From assembly GCF_009914755.1 (NCBI RefSeq), contig NC_060927.1: a stretch of 64,000 nt of DNA; one strand, written 5' to 3'. Shown here one piece after another: positions 26,650-40,040 of the stretch; the first letter of the stretch is position 1, and the number at the start of each line of letters is the position of its first letter. The DNA is from the human T2T-CHM13v2.0 reference genome, Homo sapiens. The notes under the pieces were generated by a model, which did not search any database, was not told the DNA's origin, and was given only the letters and a program-made list of their open reading frames with translations. Both the position numbers and the translations under genes were made by a program.

Positions 26650-26845
26650 AGACAGATCTGGGTTTAAATTCTGGCTCTGCCATTTGATGATCTATGATTA
26701 TGGGCAAATTATTTCACCTTCTAATCTTAACTTTCTCATCTGTAAAGCAACACATATTTCAAAGAGTGTTTTCCTGAGCATTCAATGATATAACACAAAT
26801 GAACTTTCTGGGATACTTAAACAAGTAGATACTCAATAACTTAAT
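26650..26845 (+). mobile_element. MIR
   Basis: gatctgggtttaaattctggctctgccattt...gggcaaattattt...ttctcatctgtaaa. Confidence 0.75.
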
Positions 26846-26911
26846 TCTCTTCCCACCGCTTTCACAGGGAACCAGGTAAAATGTCCCTGAGCCTCATCTA
26901 TGGTAATAATA

Positions 26912-27768
26912 CCTAAATTGTTGATTCTAAGATATGCTTTTGGCATTTTAACATCTTGCAATTAGCAACATCTTACTGTCTTGGATAGTCACAGGGCAGT
27001 AGTGACATGGCTGTTATTGCTTGCATAGGTGTGAACTTACTGTTATTCCTGAAGGCATGACTGGACCTATAGCTCTTCTGACCATTTAAGAAGAATTTGA
27101 GGAATTTGAGTGTACAATTTTCCACAACAATAAGATAAAAACAATGTCCTAGCATCAAAACTTGCAAAATAGGCATAAGCAGCATGAAAGAAACTATCAG
27201 AGACAATAGCGGAGCCCCTTTTTTTTTCCAGGAAAATGGATATTTAATATTTAGCATTCCATCTATGAACATGGCATGAATTTTATTTATTAAATGTATC
27301 TCCCAGCATCATCCATGTCCCTGCAAAGGACGTGAACTCATCCTTTTTCATGGCTGCATAGTATTCCATGGTGCATATATGCCACATTTTCTTTAAAGAA
27401 CAGAAGAATCACCAATGCACTTGATGGTCCAGAGGACAATATCAAGTGCAAGAACCTGGGCATCTTTGGACAACTCAACAGAAAAGTAATTCAAAAGAGT
27501 CAGACTCTGAAAGTGAAGAGGTTTTCAGAAAACCTTCACTAATTTATTTTGCTGTATTTTCCCTTCAGCGTACACACAAAATGATATGTAATGAAAAGCT
27601 ATGTCTATATAAGTTTAAGAGAGTGCTTTTGAGATGAGCACAACAAAAAGCTAAGTGATAAGAGAATATTGTGTCAAAATTTAATTGGGAATATTTTTCA
27701 GTCTTAATGGCATATAAAATAATGATTCAGCTTATAACTACTGGCATCTCCGAGTCAATAAACTATGG
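26912..27768 (+). mobile_element. TcMar-Tc2 DNA transposon (Kanga1/MER104-like deletion derivative)
   Basis: Flanked by TA on both sides. Left end cctaaattgttgattctaagat...cattttaacatc and right end ggcatctccgagtcaataaactatgg resemble CCGTA...TACGG-type TIRs. Remnant codons ITNALDGPEDN (27408-27440) resemble the pogo/Tc2 transposase C-terminal FKKCxIxNALDGxED motif. Confidence 0.7.
27302..27395 (-). mobile_element. Short internal L1PA fragment
   Basis: cccagcatcatccatgtccctgcaaaggac...gccacattttcttta aligns closely with 12905-12995 of the L1PA in this window. Confidence 0.9.
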
Positions 27769-27930
27769 TAAAACTGTACTGTGGTATTTTTTGTAAGAAA
27801 TAAATGAGACTGTATATGTGGGAACAGCTGGCATGCAATAGTCATCCAACACATATTAATTGAATCTCATTCTGAATTGGTAGTCATAGAATCTTAGATT
27901 TAGAAGTGACCTCAAAATGATTTTCCTGGA

Positions 27931-29920
27931 AAGATCTCTACAATGGAAACTAGAAAACATTGATGAAAGAAATTGAAGAGGACACAAAAAAATTGAAAGA
28001 TATTCCTTGTCCATGAATTGAAAGAATCAATATTGTTAAAATGTCCATACTACCCAAAGCAATCTACAGATTCAGTGAAATCCCTATGAAAATACCAATG
28101 ACATTCTTAACAGAAGTAGAAAAAACAATCCTAAAATTTATATGGAACCACAAAACACCCAGAATAGCCCAAGCTTTCCTGAGCAAAAATAGCATAACTA
28201 GAGGAATCACATTACCTGACTTAAAATTATACTACAGAGCTGTAGTAACCAAAATAACATGGCACTGGCATAAAAACAGACACATAGACCAATGAAACAG
28301 AATAGAGAACCCAGAAACAAATTCACACACCTACAGTGACCTCATTTTCAACAAAGGGTTCAACAAAGGGTCCAAGAACATACATTGAGGAAAGGACAGT
28401 CTCTTCAATAAATAGGTTTGGGAAAACTGGATATCCATAAACAAAGGAATGAAACTAGGCCCCTACCTCTCTCCATATAAAAAGTCAAATAAAAATGGAT
28501 TAAAGACTTAAATCTAAGACCTGAGACTATAGAACAACTGAAAAAATTAGGGAAACTCTCTGAGACATTGGACTGGGCAAAGATTTCTTGAGCGATATCC
28601 CACAAGCACAGGCAACCAAGGCAAACATGGACAAATGGGGTCACATCAAGTTAAAGAGCTTCGGCACAGCAAAGGACGCAAACAACAACGTGAAGAGACA
28701 ACCCACAGAAGGGGAGAAGATATTTGCAAACTACCCATCTGGCAAGGGATTAATAACCACAATATATATGGAACTCAAACAACTCTATAGGAAAAAATCT
28801 AATAATCTGGTTAAAAAATGAGCCAAAGTTCTGAACAGACATTTCTCAAAAGAAGACATACAAATGGAAAGCAGATATATGAAAAGGTGCTCAACATCAT
28901 TATCAGAGAAATGCAAATCAAAACTACAATGAGATATCATCTCACCACAGTTAAAATGGCTTTTATCCAAAAGACAAGCAATAATAAATGCTGGTGAGGA
29001 TTTGGAGAAATTGGTGGGAATGTAAATAGTACAACCAGTATGGAGAACAGTTTGAAGGTTCCTCAAAAAACTAAAAATAGAGCTACCATATAATCCAGCA
29101 ACCCCACTGATAGGTATATACCCAGAAGAAAGGAAATCTATATATCAAAGAGATATGTGCACTCCTATGTTTATTGCAGCACTATTCACAATAGCCAAGA
29201 TTTGGAAGCAACCTATGTGTCCCTCAACAGATGAATAGTTAAAGAAAATGTGGTACTTATAAACAATGGAGTACTATTCAGCTGTAAAAATGAGTGAGAT
29301 CTTGTCACGTGTAACAACATGGACGGAATTGGCGGTCATTATGTTAAGTAAAATAAGCCAAGCACAGAAAGACAAATTTGCATGCTCTCACTTATTTGTG
29401 GGAGCTAAAAATTTAAAAATTGAACTCATGGAAACAGAGAATAGAATGATGGTTACCAGGGGCTGGGAAGAGTAGTGGCGGGGTGAGGGGAAGGGGAAGT
29501 CGGAATGGGTAATGGAAACAAAAATATAGTTAGAAAGAATGAATAAGACCTAATATTTGATAGCACAACATAGTGACTACGATCAATAACAGTTTAATTT
29601 TACATTTTCAAGTAACTAAAAGAGTATTGCCAGGTGCAGTGGCTCACACCTGTAATCCCAGCACTTTGGGAGACCAAAGTAGGAGGATTGCTTGAACTCA
29701 GGAGTTTGAGACCAGTCCGGGCAACACAGTGAGACCCCATCTCTATTTAAAGTAACTAAAAGAGTATCATTGGATTGTTTGTATTACAAATGATATATGC
29801 TTGAGGTGATGCCCATTTACCCTGACATGATTATTATGCATTGCATGCCTGTATCAAAGTATCTCTTGTACCCCATAGATATATGCACCTGCAATGTGAA
29901 ATTAAAGATAATTTTTAAAA
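27931..29920 (+). mobile_element. L1MA (L1MA2/3-like), 5'-truncated, ~1.9 kb
   Basis: ORF2 fragments ([11 protein letters not shown]...[12 protein letters not shown]; MEYYSAVK...) and an L1MA 3' UTR. TSD atgattttcctgga at 27917-27930 and 29924-29937. Confidence 0.95.
29628..29749 (+). mobile_element. FLAM_C (free left Alu monomer) inserted in the L1MA 3' UTR
   Basis: Single Alu left arm. Perfect 18-bp TSD aagtaactaaaagagtat (29610-29627, 29750-29767). Confidence 0.9.
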
Positions 29921-31121
29921 AAGATGATTTTCCTGGAGTGCTTATATTCTGTGAGTTACACTGGTGCTAACCATGTCTCCAGGCCACTTTGAGAATTTCT
30001 CAGACACAGGTATTACATAATACCAAATATCTGGCCACATTTGCTTGGAGCAGAGCCTGGAGCAGCACCTGAACCAAAAGTCAGTCATGTCTATGCTGGT
30101 GCTGACCTGGTGCTAGAGCTCAGCCCAACAGAAATGCTCTACTGGTTGGCAACTGTTCCCAAATGCAGGGAAGCAGAGCCTAAGAAACAAAGTAGCAGAG
30201 GAATAAGAAAAGCAGGAAGAAAAAGCAGAAGAGATGGAGGAAACCTGAAAAACCCTAATTCACTCAAATCTAGCCTGTAGATGGATTTAGTCTGATGCCT
30301 TCCTCAATTTCCCATTATTCGTGAGATGTTTACAAGAATATAAAGATACCTTTTAGCTGGTTATCTATAATTCTCATTTCTTGTCAACTGATTCAATGAT
30401 CTTTTTTCTTAAAGCTTCTTTATAAGGTCTATAGAGATTGAGTTTACAAGTAATTATAATGCCTAGGACAAGTTCATAAAATAAATACTCAGAACACTCC
30501 CATATCTGCAATTCACAACAAGCACAAAGACACTGTACAGATCACAATTCATTTTCCAGCAAATTGTCTTAGGCAGCAACTCTCTTGCATATGAATTTTG
30601 AGAAATGTTAATTTTCCTTAATGCATGGCATATTTACTATAATTAAAAGCATGTAGATTTTGTTCTCAGTTAAGTTTCCAAAAGCACAATCTGTATTATG
30701 TTGCTATACATTTAACATATGCAATATATTTATAATTAAGCCTATGTATAATTTTTATTTATAACTCTGCATGTTTAATATAATTATATATGATGTATAT
30801 GCATCTGAATATAAGGGAGAAGGGAGCTACCCCCACTGAATGATGTCAGCATCAGGCACTGAGCTAGGTATTTTATATTGATTATTTAATTCTTCATCAA
30901 TGTTGTGGAAAATAGGTGTACCTTTTACAATAACTTTGGTTGCTTCCTTAATTCCTGGAAAATTGTTTTCCAGATCTTTTAGAAGCCATTTCTAAGGTAC
31001 AGAAGGTTTGTTGTCAGATCCTTAAAGTTGGTAGCATTCAATGTAGCTGTCTTCCACTAGCCAGGAGGTATGTAAACTGAGGCCAGTGGAGATGTCTTTG
31101 AGTTATTATAAGAATTTGCTT

Positions 31122-31424
31122 GGCGGGGCGCGGTGGCTCACACCTGTAATCCCAGCACTTTGGGAGGCAGGTGGATCACGAGGTCAGGAGATCGAGACCA
31201 TCGTGACTAACATAGAGAAACCCCGCCTCTACTAAAAATACAAAAAAATTAGCCGGGCGTGGTGGCGGGTTCCTGTAGTCCCAGCTACTCGGCGGGGCTG
31301 AGGCAGGGGAATGGCGTGAACCTGGGAGGCAGAGCTTGCAGTGAGCCGAAATCATGCCACTGCACTCCAGCCTGGGCGACAGAGGGAGACTCTGTCTCAA
31401 ACAAACAAACAAAAAACACAAAAA
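31122..31424 (+). mobile_element. AluY-like, full length
   Basis: gatcacgaggtcaggagatcgagaccatc, gaatggcgtgaacc, gagcttgcagtg. TSD aagaa(t/c)ttgctt. Confidence 0.95.
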
Positions 31425-31774
31425 AAGAACTTGCTTAATTTTGAGCAAGACTTGTAAATCATCAATTCCCGCCACCACTCAATTACCTATTATCCTTGTA
31501 ATTGGATGCTTTCAAGTGTGTGTTTGTTAAGGCTTTAAACTGGCCTGCTTTTTCTAACCAATTTAAATGTTTTTAAAATAGGAACACAAGATAATAGAAG
31601 ATGTCCAAATGCTTTGTTCATTGAAAATTCTTTAAACTTTCAAGTGTTTTCCTTACTACTTTTTCAAATTTCATGGCCTAATCGTGCATTCATTCCTTTG
31701 GAAGTTTGCCTCTCTCATCAATCATTTGAAACACTAGCCTTTATAGCTGGTTAGCTATTAACTTGCTAAAAGTA

Positions 31775-31915
31775 ATAATCATTTACATTTAAAAAGCACA
31801 ATGTTTTATAGTTTGCAAACTACTTTTACATGCTTTGCATGATTTAATTCTTTCTTCATTCCTGTGAGGTAGAAAGAGCAAGTACCTAATCCCCATTTTA
31901 CAAATAGTAAATAAG
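31775..31915 (-). mobile_element. MIR fragment
   Basis: atttaattc...cctgtgaggtag...atccccattttacaaat. Confidence 0.55.
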
Positions 31916-32029
31916 AAAATTAAGCCTTATTCATTTTTGAAATAAAGAAAATGGTGAAGACTTGAAGGTTTTTCTAGTTTGATTCCCACACCCCCTCTTC
32001 TTAGCATTATCCTTGAACATTGACCTGTA

Positions 32030-32990
32030 ATGTCCTTATTAACTGCTTAGTATATTGTGCTAAGTATTATTGGGGTAGGAGGCGGTGAGGAAAATATTGA
32101 AGCATACATAAAAGTGTAATACATATTCCTTGCCTTTAGGAAACTTTAGTCAGGTTGGGAATATGTAATCACAGAGAAAAATAGCTATTAATTCAAAGCA
32201 GACTTTGATATGGTACATGAAGACTTAGAGCAATAAATAAGGCCTGTGAACATACAGAGGAATGGAGAGATATCAGTCAGAGTCCTGGCAGGAAGCAGAT
32301 GGCAGATTCAAATTGGGTAATTTGAGGAGAGCTTAATTGTTTAAAAAGTTATTTACAAAGGTGGGTGTTGAGTGGTAGAAAACCAGAGAGAGAGTTCAGT
32401 ATTTGGGGAGTGAGGGAGACAGTCGATGCTGCTCAGCTTCCTGGGTAGCGGGGAGGAGAGGATGGAGAGCAGACCTGGAGGGATAAACAGAACATACTAG
32501 CCCTGGAAGAATCACCATATGCTGAAATGTTGGGGGAAGGCCATGAGGTGGTAAGAATGGACCTTAGCTTTGAAAGAGTAAAAGTAGAAAATATAGGTGT
32601 AGAAGAGAGACGAGGGCACTGCATTCAAAGTGAACACAGGACATGAGGGTTCGGATTGGGAAATATGCTCATTCTGGGCTGTCAAAGGGCAGAAAGGGGG
32701 ACATAAAATTACAAAATAACTAGGGACCAAATTGCAGAGGAGTTGAACACCAAGCTAAGGAGTTTATACCTGATCCTGAGAACAGCAGCCAGCAAACATT
32801 TTAAAATAAGTAATGAAGCTGGTATCTTAGGAAAATTAGTCTATATTAATACAAGAACTGGTTTGGAGGAAAGAAGTGAAAGTGGCAGAATGTTCAGCTT
32901 AGACACAATATCCCAGCATGAGGTAAAGAAGGGCAGTGAGAAGAAAAAGGGGAAGAAACATACATGAGACATCATGAAGGAAGACTCAGT
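32030..32990 (-). mobile_element. Degenerate L2 fragments, interrupted
   Basis: ttccttgcctttaggaaactttagtc; ccaagctaaggagtttatacctgatcctgag; gagacatcatgaaggaagactc. Confidence 0.5.
32272..32520 (-). mobile_element. Old ERVL-class LTR fragment (family uncertain)
   Basis: tcagtcagagtcctggcaggaagcagatggcagattcaaattgggtaatttgaggagag...atttacaaaggtg resembles an ERVL LTR terminus. Confidence 0.5.
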
Positions 32991-33119
32991 CCTCTTGAAT
33001 GCTAGGCTGAGCAACTCATGCTGGCATGTGCTTCCCTCCCAAATGGTAATCCTGATTGAAATGCACCCTAAATAAACTAGGACAAATACTCCTTAGGTTA
33101 GACACTCATGGACACAGGG

Positions 33120-33320
33120 CTGGCTGGAGTGTGAAAACAGCTTGGCCTGGACCCAGAAGATGTGGTTTGAATCACTACTTTGCCACATACAAGCTGGATG
33201 TTCTTAAGCAGATTGCCTGGTCCCTCAGCCTCCACTTACATCCTCAAAATGAGACACTAATACTTACCACATAGGATGGTTATGAGAACTCAGTCAGCAA
33301 GATTTGTGGACTGCGAGGGA
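33120..33320 (+). mobile_element. MIR
   Basis: ggtttgaatc...tttgccac...tcctcaaaatgagacactaatacttaccacataggatggttatgag. Confidence 0.65.
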
Positions 33321-34292
33321 CCACATGGGGGTGGGGGTGGTAGCTAACATTATGTCTGACACCTCTGGACACCTTGTCTCTCTGGCCAGGTCAAGTGGAA
33401 AGGAAGCAGGCTCTTGCCAAGACATTAACTAAAGCCCCTATTTCTCTTCCTTGCCAAAGCTGCTGTGTGATCAGGTTTGATTGATTACTATAAGCCTCAG
33501 CCTTCCAATTATTCCTCCCCTGCAAGTTATGGCTGTATGTTTTATTTGACAAGATAGTATTTATTTATTTTAAAAACCTTGGTTTATTTTCATTCTCCCA
33601 GCCCATGACCCCAAAAGATTTTTTTCTGTTGTTTCCCTGAGCTTGCCACTAATGAGCTGAAGATAATTCCCCCCAACCTCCACCCCTTCCAAGTGCTTAG
33701 TACTTTTTGGCCTGAGTATTTAGCAACATGTTGAAATACAGATTAAAGCAATGAGCCCATTTAAATAAAACGGTTGTGAAATTTGGTTGTTTTTACGTTT
33801 TGAGGTTTCTATGCAGAGCCCTCTATGGATGCCCTAATGAAAGTACCACTTTGATTTTCAGGCAATTTTACATATAATGTTTTCTTCTCTTTAGAGAGTG
33901 TCTGCAGATCTGATAATAACTGTAAAATAACATGGCCACACTGAGATACAGAGGGTAAGTAGCTGATTGGCTAGTCTTACTCACCAGCTAAGGCTTAAAG
34001 CCATGAAGTCCAAGTTCATGCTTTCACAAGTTACAAATGACCTCCTGCCATGGAACTCTGTGGTTGGCTTTGAATAATTGAAATCATTACTTTAATATCT
34101 GTAAGGCCAGGAATCCCCTTTAGTTGATCCCGAAAGCTTGGCAATAATTTGGGTGACGGGGTGATGCAGAAAATAGTAGTTTGTAGTAGAAAATTTGAGT
34201 CTCATTGTCCCAATTTTTAAAATTCCTCAATGTTTATAAGTTGATGTTAAACTTTTCATTCAATATCAACTTATAAAAATGAACAAAGCCCA

Positions 34293-34591
<299 letters not shown>

Positions 34592-34719
34592 TTAACAAAG
34601 CCCTTGTGAAACCCATTGCACTGTGCTAGATGCTTGAGGAGAAAGGTACAGACTTTTAAGATATGGTTCTTCTCCTCTAAGTACTTACTGGGGACATAAG
34701 ACCCAGGTAATGATGATTA

Positions 34720-37088
34720 ATGATCTTATCCTCTGCTTCGCCTCAGTCACTTACCCGATAATTATACCCCAGACTTGGTCATTTCATGCATCCACTCTTA
34801 GACCTACTGATCTCTTCTTTCCATGCCATTCCTCGATACTCCAACTCCAAAAATTCTTCATCCTCACTAGGACCTATGCTCCATCCATTCACCATCCCTC
34901 ACTCCCATAAAATCTTCAGTTCCCTCTAGACTCAGCTTACATTCTATGGTCCATTATTAAAAACTGCTCACTCATTCACCCTCCAGTACCTTTTCCTTCC
35001 TTTCATTCATCACGTCTGCTTGGTAAAACCCTGGTTAAATCCAGTTTCCCTCCTCTTCTACACCCTGCACCCCCACAGCTGATTGTGGCTGGAGAAAATC
35101 CCCACAACCACACTGACAAATCTCATTTTAAACTCATGACTAATAACCACAGTGGGCCCATACAGCTGCTGGCAAGGTTTCGTCATTGTCCTGATCAGTC
35201 CATTCAATCCTCTACTTTCCTATAACCACTGTACCTTTTCTTGTCTCTCTTCAAATCTCCAGCACCTCCTCCAACTTTTTACCTTTTCCTAATTCACTGG
35301 CTTGTGGTGGTGGTGGAGGAGGGTGTGGGTAGGGTTGGTGGAGATAGAAGCTCTCAAAAGAGACCTTCCCTATTCTCCCAACTCCCACTTCTCCCAACTG
35401 ACTGTCTGTCCATCTATGTCCTGCCTTCTTTCCTGATGTTGTGGATGATCTGTTTGGGTTTCTATCTGAAGCCAAATTTTACACTGTGCACTTGATCCCA
35501 TCCTTTTTTCCTATCCACAAACTTATTTCCAGCAATTATCTGTTCTCTTTCCTGCTCAAGAATATTTCTTTTTCTATTGAGTCACTGCCAGCAGCATAGA
35601 AACATGCTGAATCACCACCCGTCTCACAGAGAAAACCTTCCTTGACCCAACTTTCCCTGTAGTTACTGCTCCCTTTACGGCAAATCTCCTTGAACAAGAC
35701 TTTTAAGCCCACTACTTCCAATTCCTCTCCTTATAATCTTTCACTCTCAAAATTGCTCCCTGAAAACTGCTTTTATCAATATCTCCAGTGACCTCCACAT
35801 GATCAAATCCAATAGCCAATTCTCAGTCTTTATCTTATTGAATTTATTGGCAGCATTTTACACCATTGCTTACTTCCTTCTTCAAATGCTTTCTTTGCTT
35901 GGCTTCTGAGGCATCACCCTCATTTCTCCTCACTGGTTGCTCCATCTCAGTATCTTTTCCTTGTCCTCCTTATCTTCCCAAGCCCTGCCCACTGGAGTGC
36001 CCCAGGAATCACTCTTTCACTGATTTCTCCAGGATCATAGCTTTAAATTTTATTTACTTATTTCATCCCCGAATTCATATTTCAAGCCTAGATTTCGCCC
36101 CTTGAAGACCAGACTCATGTCCGGCTGCCTACTCAGTCTCCACTTGGCTATCTAACAGACATCTCAAAGTCAACAGATGCCAAAATGAACACAAGATTCT
36201 CCCCCTACTCAAAAACTCCTCCTACTCCTATCTTCTGAATCTTCTCAGTTGTTCAGACAAAAATCCTTGGAGTCATCCTTGACTCCTTTCTTTCTTGTCG
36301 CACCACATCAGATAATTTTTTTGAAATTCCTTCTTCAAAATATAACCAAACTCTGACCACTTTCCAACACCTCCATTACTACTATCTCTTCTAAGCTGCC
36401 ATTATCTCTCACTTCTTATTGCAAAAATCCCTTAACTTTGTTTTTCCTTCTCTCCTTATTCCTCTGAAGTCTATTTTCAACCCAGCAGATGGAGTGAACC
36501 TTTTTTTTTTTTTTTAAAAATCTAAGTAAAATAATGTGACTTTTTTCCTCAAAACCCTCCCATGGCTTCCTGACTCTCTCAGTTTAAAAATCAAAATCCT
36601 CTTCATCACCTGCTGGATCCTACCTTTCTGTCTTCATCTCCCACCACTCCCTCTCTGGCTCACTCTGCTCAGCCACACTGGTGTCCTTCCTAGAACATGT
36701 CAGGCTTGCCTCAGGGCCTTTGCATGGGTTAGATCCTTTACCCTGAGATTTTATCACACAGGTTCCCCATGGCTCACTCCTTCTACTCCAGTGTCCCCTC
36801 AGTGAGGCCTTTCTTGACCCTCTGCCTTGACACGAAATCCTATCTCTCCCACCCTGGCGCTCCCTTTTCTTCTTGCCCTATTTTATTTTTCTTCATCGTA
36901 CTTAATCATTATTTGATTTGCTACATCTTGTTATTTGTTTATTCCCCTCTCTCCTCACTATACCGTAAGCTTGGTGAGAAAGGATATTGTGTTCACGGCT
37001 GTATTTCCAGAACCTTGAATAGTGCCTGGTACAGAGTAGGTACTCAGGAAATATTTGGTGAATGAATGAATTAATGAGTGAATGAATT
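34720..37088 (+). mobile_element. Long L2 (L2a-like) relic, ~2.4 kb
   Basis: Continuous L2 motifs (ggctggagaaaatc, ccagtgacctccac...tcaaatccaat, ccttggagtcatccttgactcc, ctcagggcctttgca) ending in agtgcctgg...gaatgaatgaat. Confidence 0.85.
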
Positions 37089-37276
37089 CAAAATAATGAA
37101 CACCTATGGCCATTACTGCTGTTTCAGAGAAGGTAGAGTATCACAGACTGGAGTCAGAGAAGGCTTTGATGAGCTGGTAAGTCCAGGCACTATAGGATGA
37201 ATGGGCTTTTGAACAGGGTTAGGAAAAAGCATTCATGTGAGGGAGGATGTTAAAAAGCTGAAGAAAAAGAACTCCA

Positions 37277-37495
37277 ACAACATTTATTGAGCACTTACTA
37301 CATGTCAAATACTTTACATTCATTATCTCATATTATCCTCATAATGACTATAATAGAGAGGTATTATTATTTCCATGTGAGAAATGAGGAAACTATGTTT
37401 TAGAGATTTTTTTAAAAGCAGCTTTCCCATAAAACCTTTAGTTAGTAAGTTGTAAGCCATTCTTGTAATTGAGTTTTAGCTGACTCCAGGCCCAT
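37277..37495 (-). mobile_element. MIR
   Basis: aacatttattgagcacttacta...tcattatctc...atcctcataat...aatgaggaaact...tgactccagg. Confidence 0.8.
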
Positions 37496-38247
37496 TTTCT
37501 TTCTCTTTTTATATCTTATCATCATTATCATCACCATTCCTAATACTATTTAAGTCTCTGTACTCTCCACCTGGCATGCTCCCTCCCATACTACCTGAAT
37601 GGTGACCTTTGGTAGTGCTCAACTCAGTGATACATAAATAATATAAATAATAACAAAATGTATTCTCAATTTTTTCTCATCAACCCCAGGAAGGTTAAGC
37701 CTCCTTGAACTTACTTAAATTGGTGGCAGCACGAGCTTTCAGCATCATGGCCAGCATGACCAAGCCATTTCCCTGGTGTTCCCCTCAGCATGAAACATCT
37801 GTCTACTTATTTCTTTGCTGAGCCTGAATGGAATATTCCATCTCTGAAAAATAAACTTTGTGTTTAAATTGAAATCTTTATTCCTATCTGGCAAATTGGC
37901 TATATATCCTCAACAATTGGAAGGAAGTGATGTATCTGCTGCCATCAGCTACAAAGCACTGGACGCCCACTGTGCTATTTATTAGATTTACATGAATTCC
38001 AGGTGAATCTGATCCAGTGGCTACAAAAAGTGAGTATAAATTAATTGTTATTCTATTCCTCCAGAATGCCTGATATGGAAAAAGCAATTGAATCTGAGCA
38101 CAGTTGGAAATTTAAAATGAAGTTTTGTTCGGCACTGAAATTCATGAGACTGCCAGAAAGGAGAGAAGGAAAAAATTTTTTTTTCTTCTCTCTTTTTTTT
38201 TTTTTTTACAAAATCCATTGCTTTTGATAATAAAGTAAAAAACATTT

Positions 38248-38653
38248 ATTAGTCAACTTTGCTGGGGGCAACAAACAACCCTAAAATTTCGGTTACTTAC
38301 AACAAAGGTTTACTTTTTATCACGTTACATGTTAGTTATAGGTCATTGTGGGGTCAACTGTGGGGCTGCTCCATGGATAACATTCATTCCAGAACTCAGC
38401 TGGAGGAGCAGCTCCTCTATGGAATAAGCCATTCTGGTGGCAAAGGGAAAAAAGCTAGAGAGCTGTTGTCAACAGGGAGTGGCCTGAAGGCATCTGTTCA
38501 CAGGTCACATGAGTGAGTCCCATGTCAGTGGGGCAGAAATGTGTACTCCTCTCATGGTGGGCACTAACAGTCCAATGGCAATGACTGGAGATGTGTAATT
38601 CTCTCACAGGAAGGAAAAGTGAAGCACTGGGAAGCATAATAAAAATCTACAGC
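38248..38653 (-). mobile_element. Old MaLR LTR (MLT1I/J-like)
   Basis: gcaacaaacaaccctaaaatttcggttacttacaacaaaggtttac...ggaggagcagc...gtcacatg...ataaaaatctacagca. Confidence 0.7.
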
Positions 38654-39034
38654 ACACTCCTTATCTTAGCGTAAAACACAGCTGGCCTCGTCTCCCACCA
38701 TTCCTTATCTTGTCTGTGCTCTGGCCACATTGAATGGTCTCCTTTCTCCCTAAACACATGATGCCACACTTTCATGTCTGTTTCCTATGCTGGAAATGAA
38801 ATTCCCTTCATTTTCTGCCAAACAGAGTGGCTCTCTGCCTGCAAGGTCCAGTTCACATTCTGCCTACTTTATAAAGCCTTTCCCAACTCTCCAGTTGAAA
38901 TTAAGCACTCCTCCTTTGGAGCAAATGGGGCAGACTGGCTGTACATCCAGCTCTAATTCAATCTTACTTGGTCAGTCTGGTAACTTCCTTGGTAAGTTCT
39001 TTATTGGTAAGTCTGGATAAAAAGCTACTGAAGG

Positions 39035-39423
<389 letters not shown>

Positions 39424-39811
39424 TCACCATCAAGCTTACCCTTAGTGTGAAATTATAAGTCTTTTCTATAGCAGGCATATGCAGCAAACCATGTGGAGAA
39501 ATCTGTTAGCACTCTTCTTCAGTCACAACAGTCGTGAAGATTATCCTCTTGGTTCTGCAATATAGACCCTACCCATTGTGTGTGTGTGTCTGTGTGTGAG
39601 ATTCCTACCTTCCCACCAATAAAAGCATTTTGGATACCATGTTTTCACAGGAACACTGCTTCCCTTGCCAATGATAGCTGCTTTAAGAAGTGCTGTTTCT
39701 TTTCCTTCATTTTCCCTGCAGCATCATCTCTCATTTGGCATTCTGTGTGAAGCTCTTGTTTATGGCCACACAGTAGGAGGGGAGCAGAGAGGGTAGGCCA
39801 CAGGAGCAGAG

Positions 39812-40040
39812 CTGTGATGCAGTGGAAAGACAGGGAACCTTACAGTCAGCAAATCTGGCTTAGATTTTTGTCTCTGCTCCTTACCAGCTTTGTGGTCTTT
39901 AGTGAGCCACTTGATTCTACTATCCCTTTAATTGTATTTGTTTAAACAAGAAAAAGAGACAAAAAAAGATAAGAACAGATACAAGAATGTTGTATGATAT
40001 TGAATAGAGTCTAGCACGTTGCAGGAGCTCAATATCATCA
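39812..40040 (+). mobile_element. MIR
   Basis: gcagtggaaaga...ctctgctccttaccagctttgtggtcttt...agagtctagcacg...gagctcaata. Confidence 0.6.
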
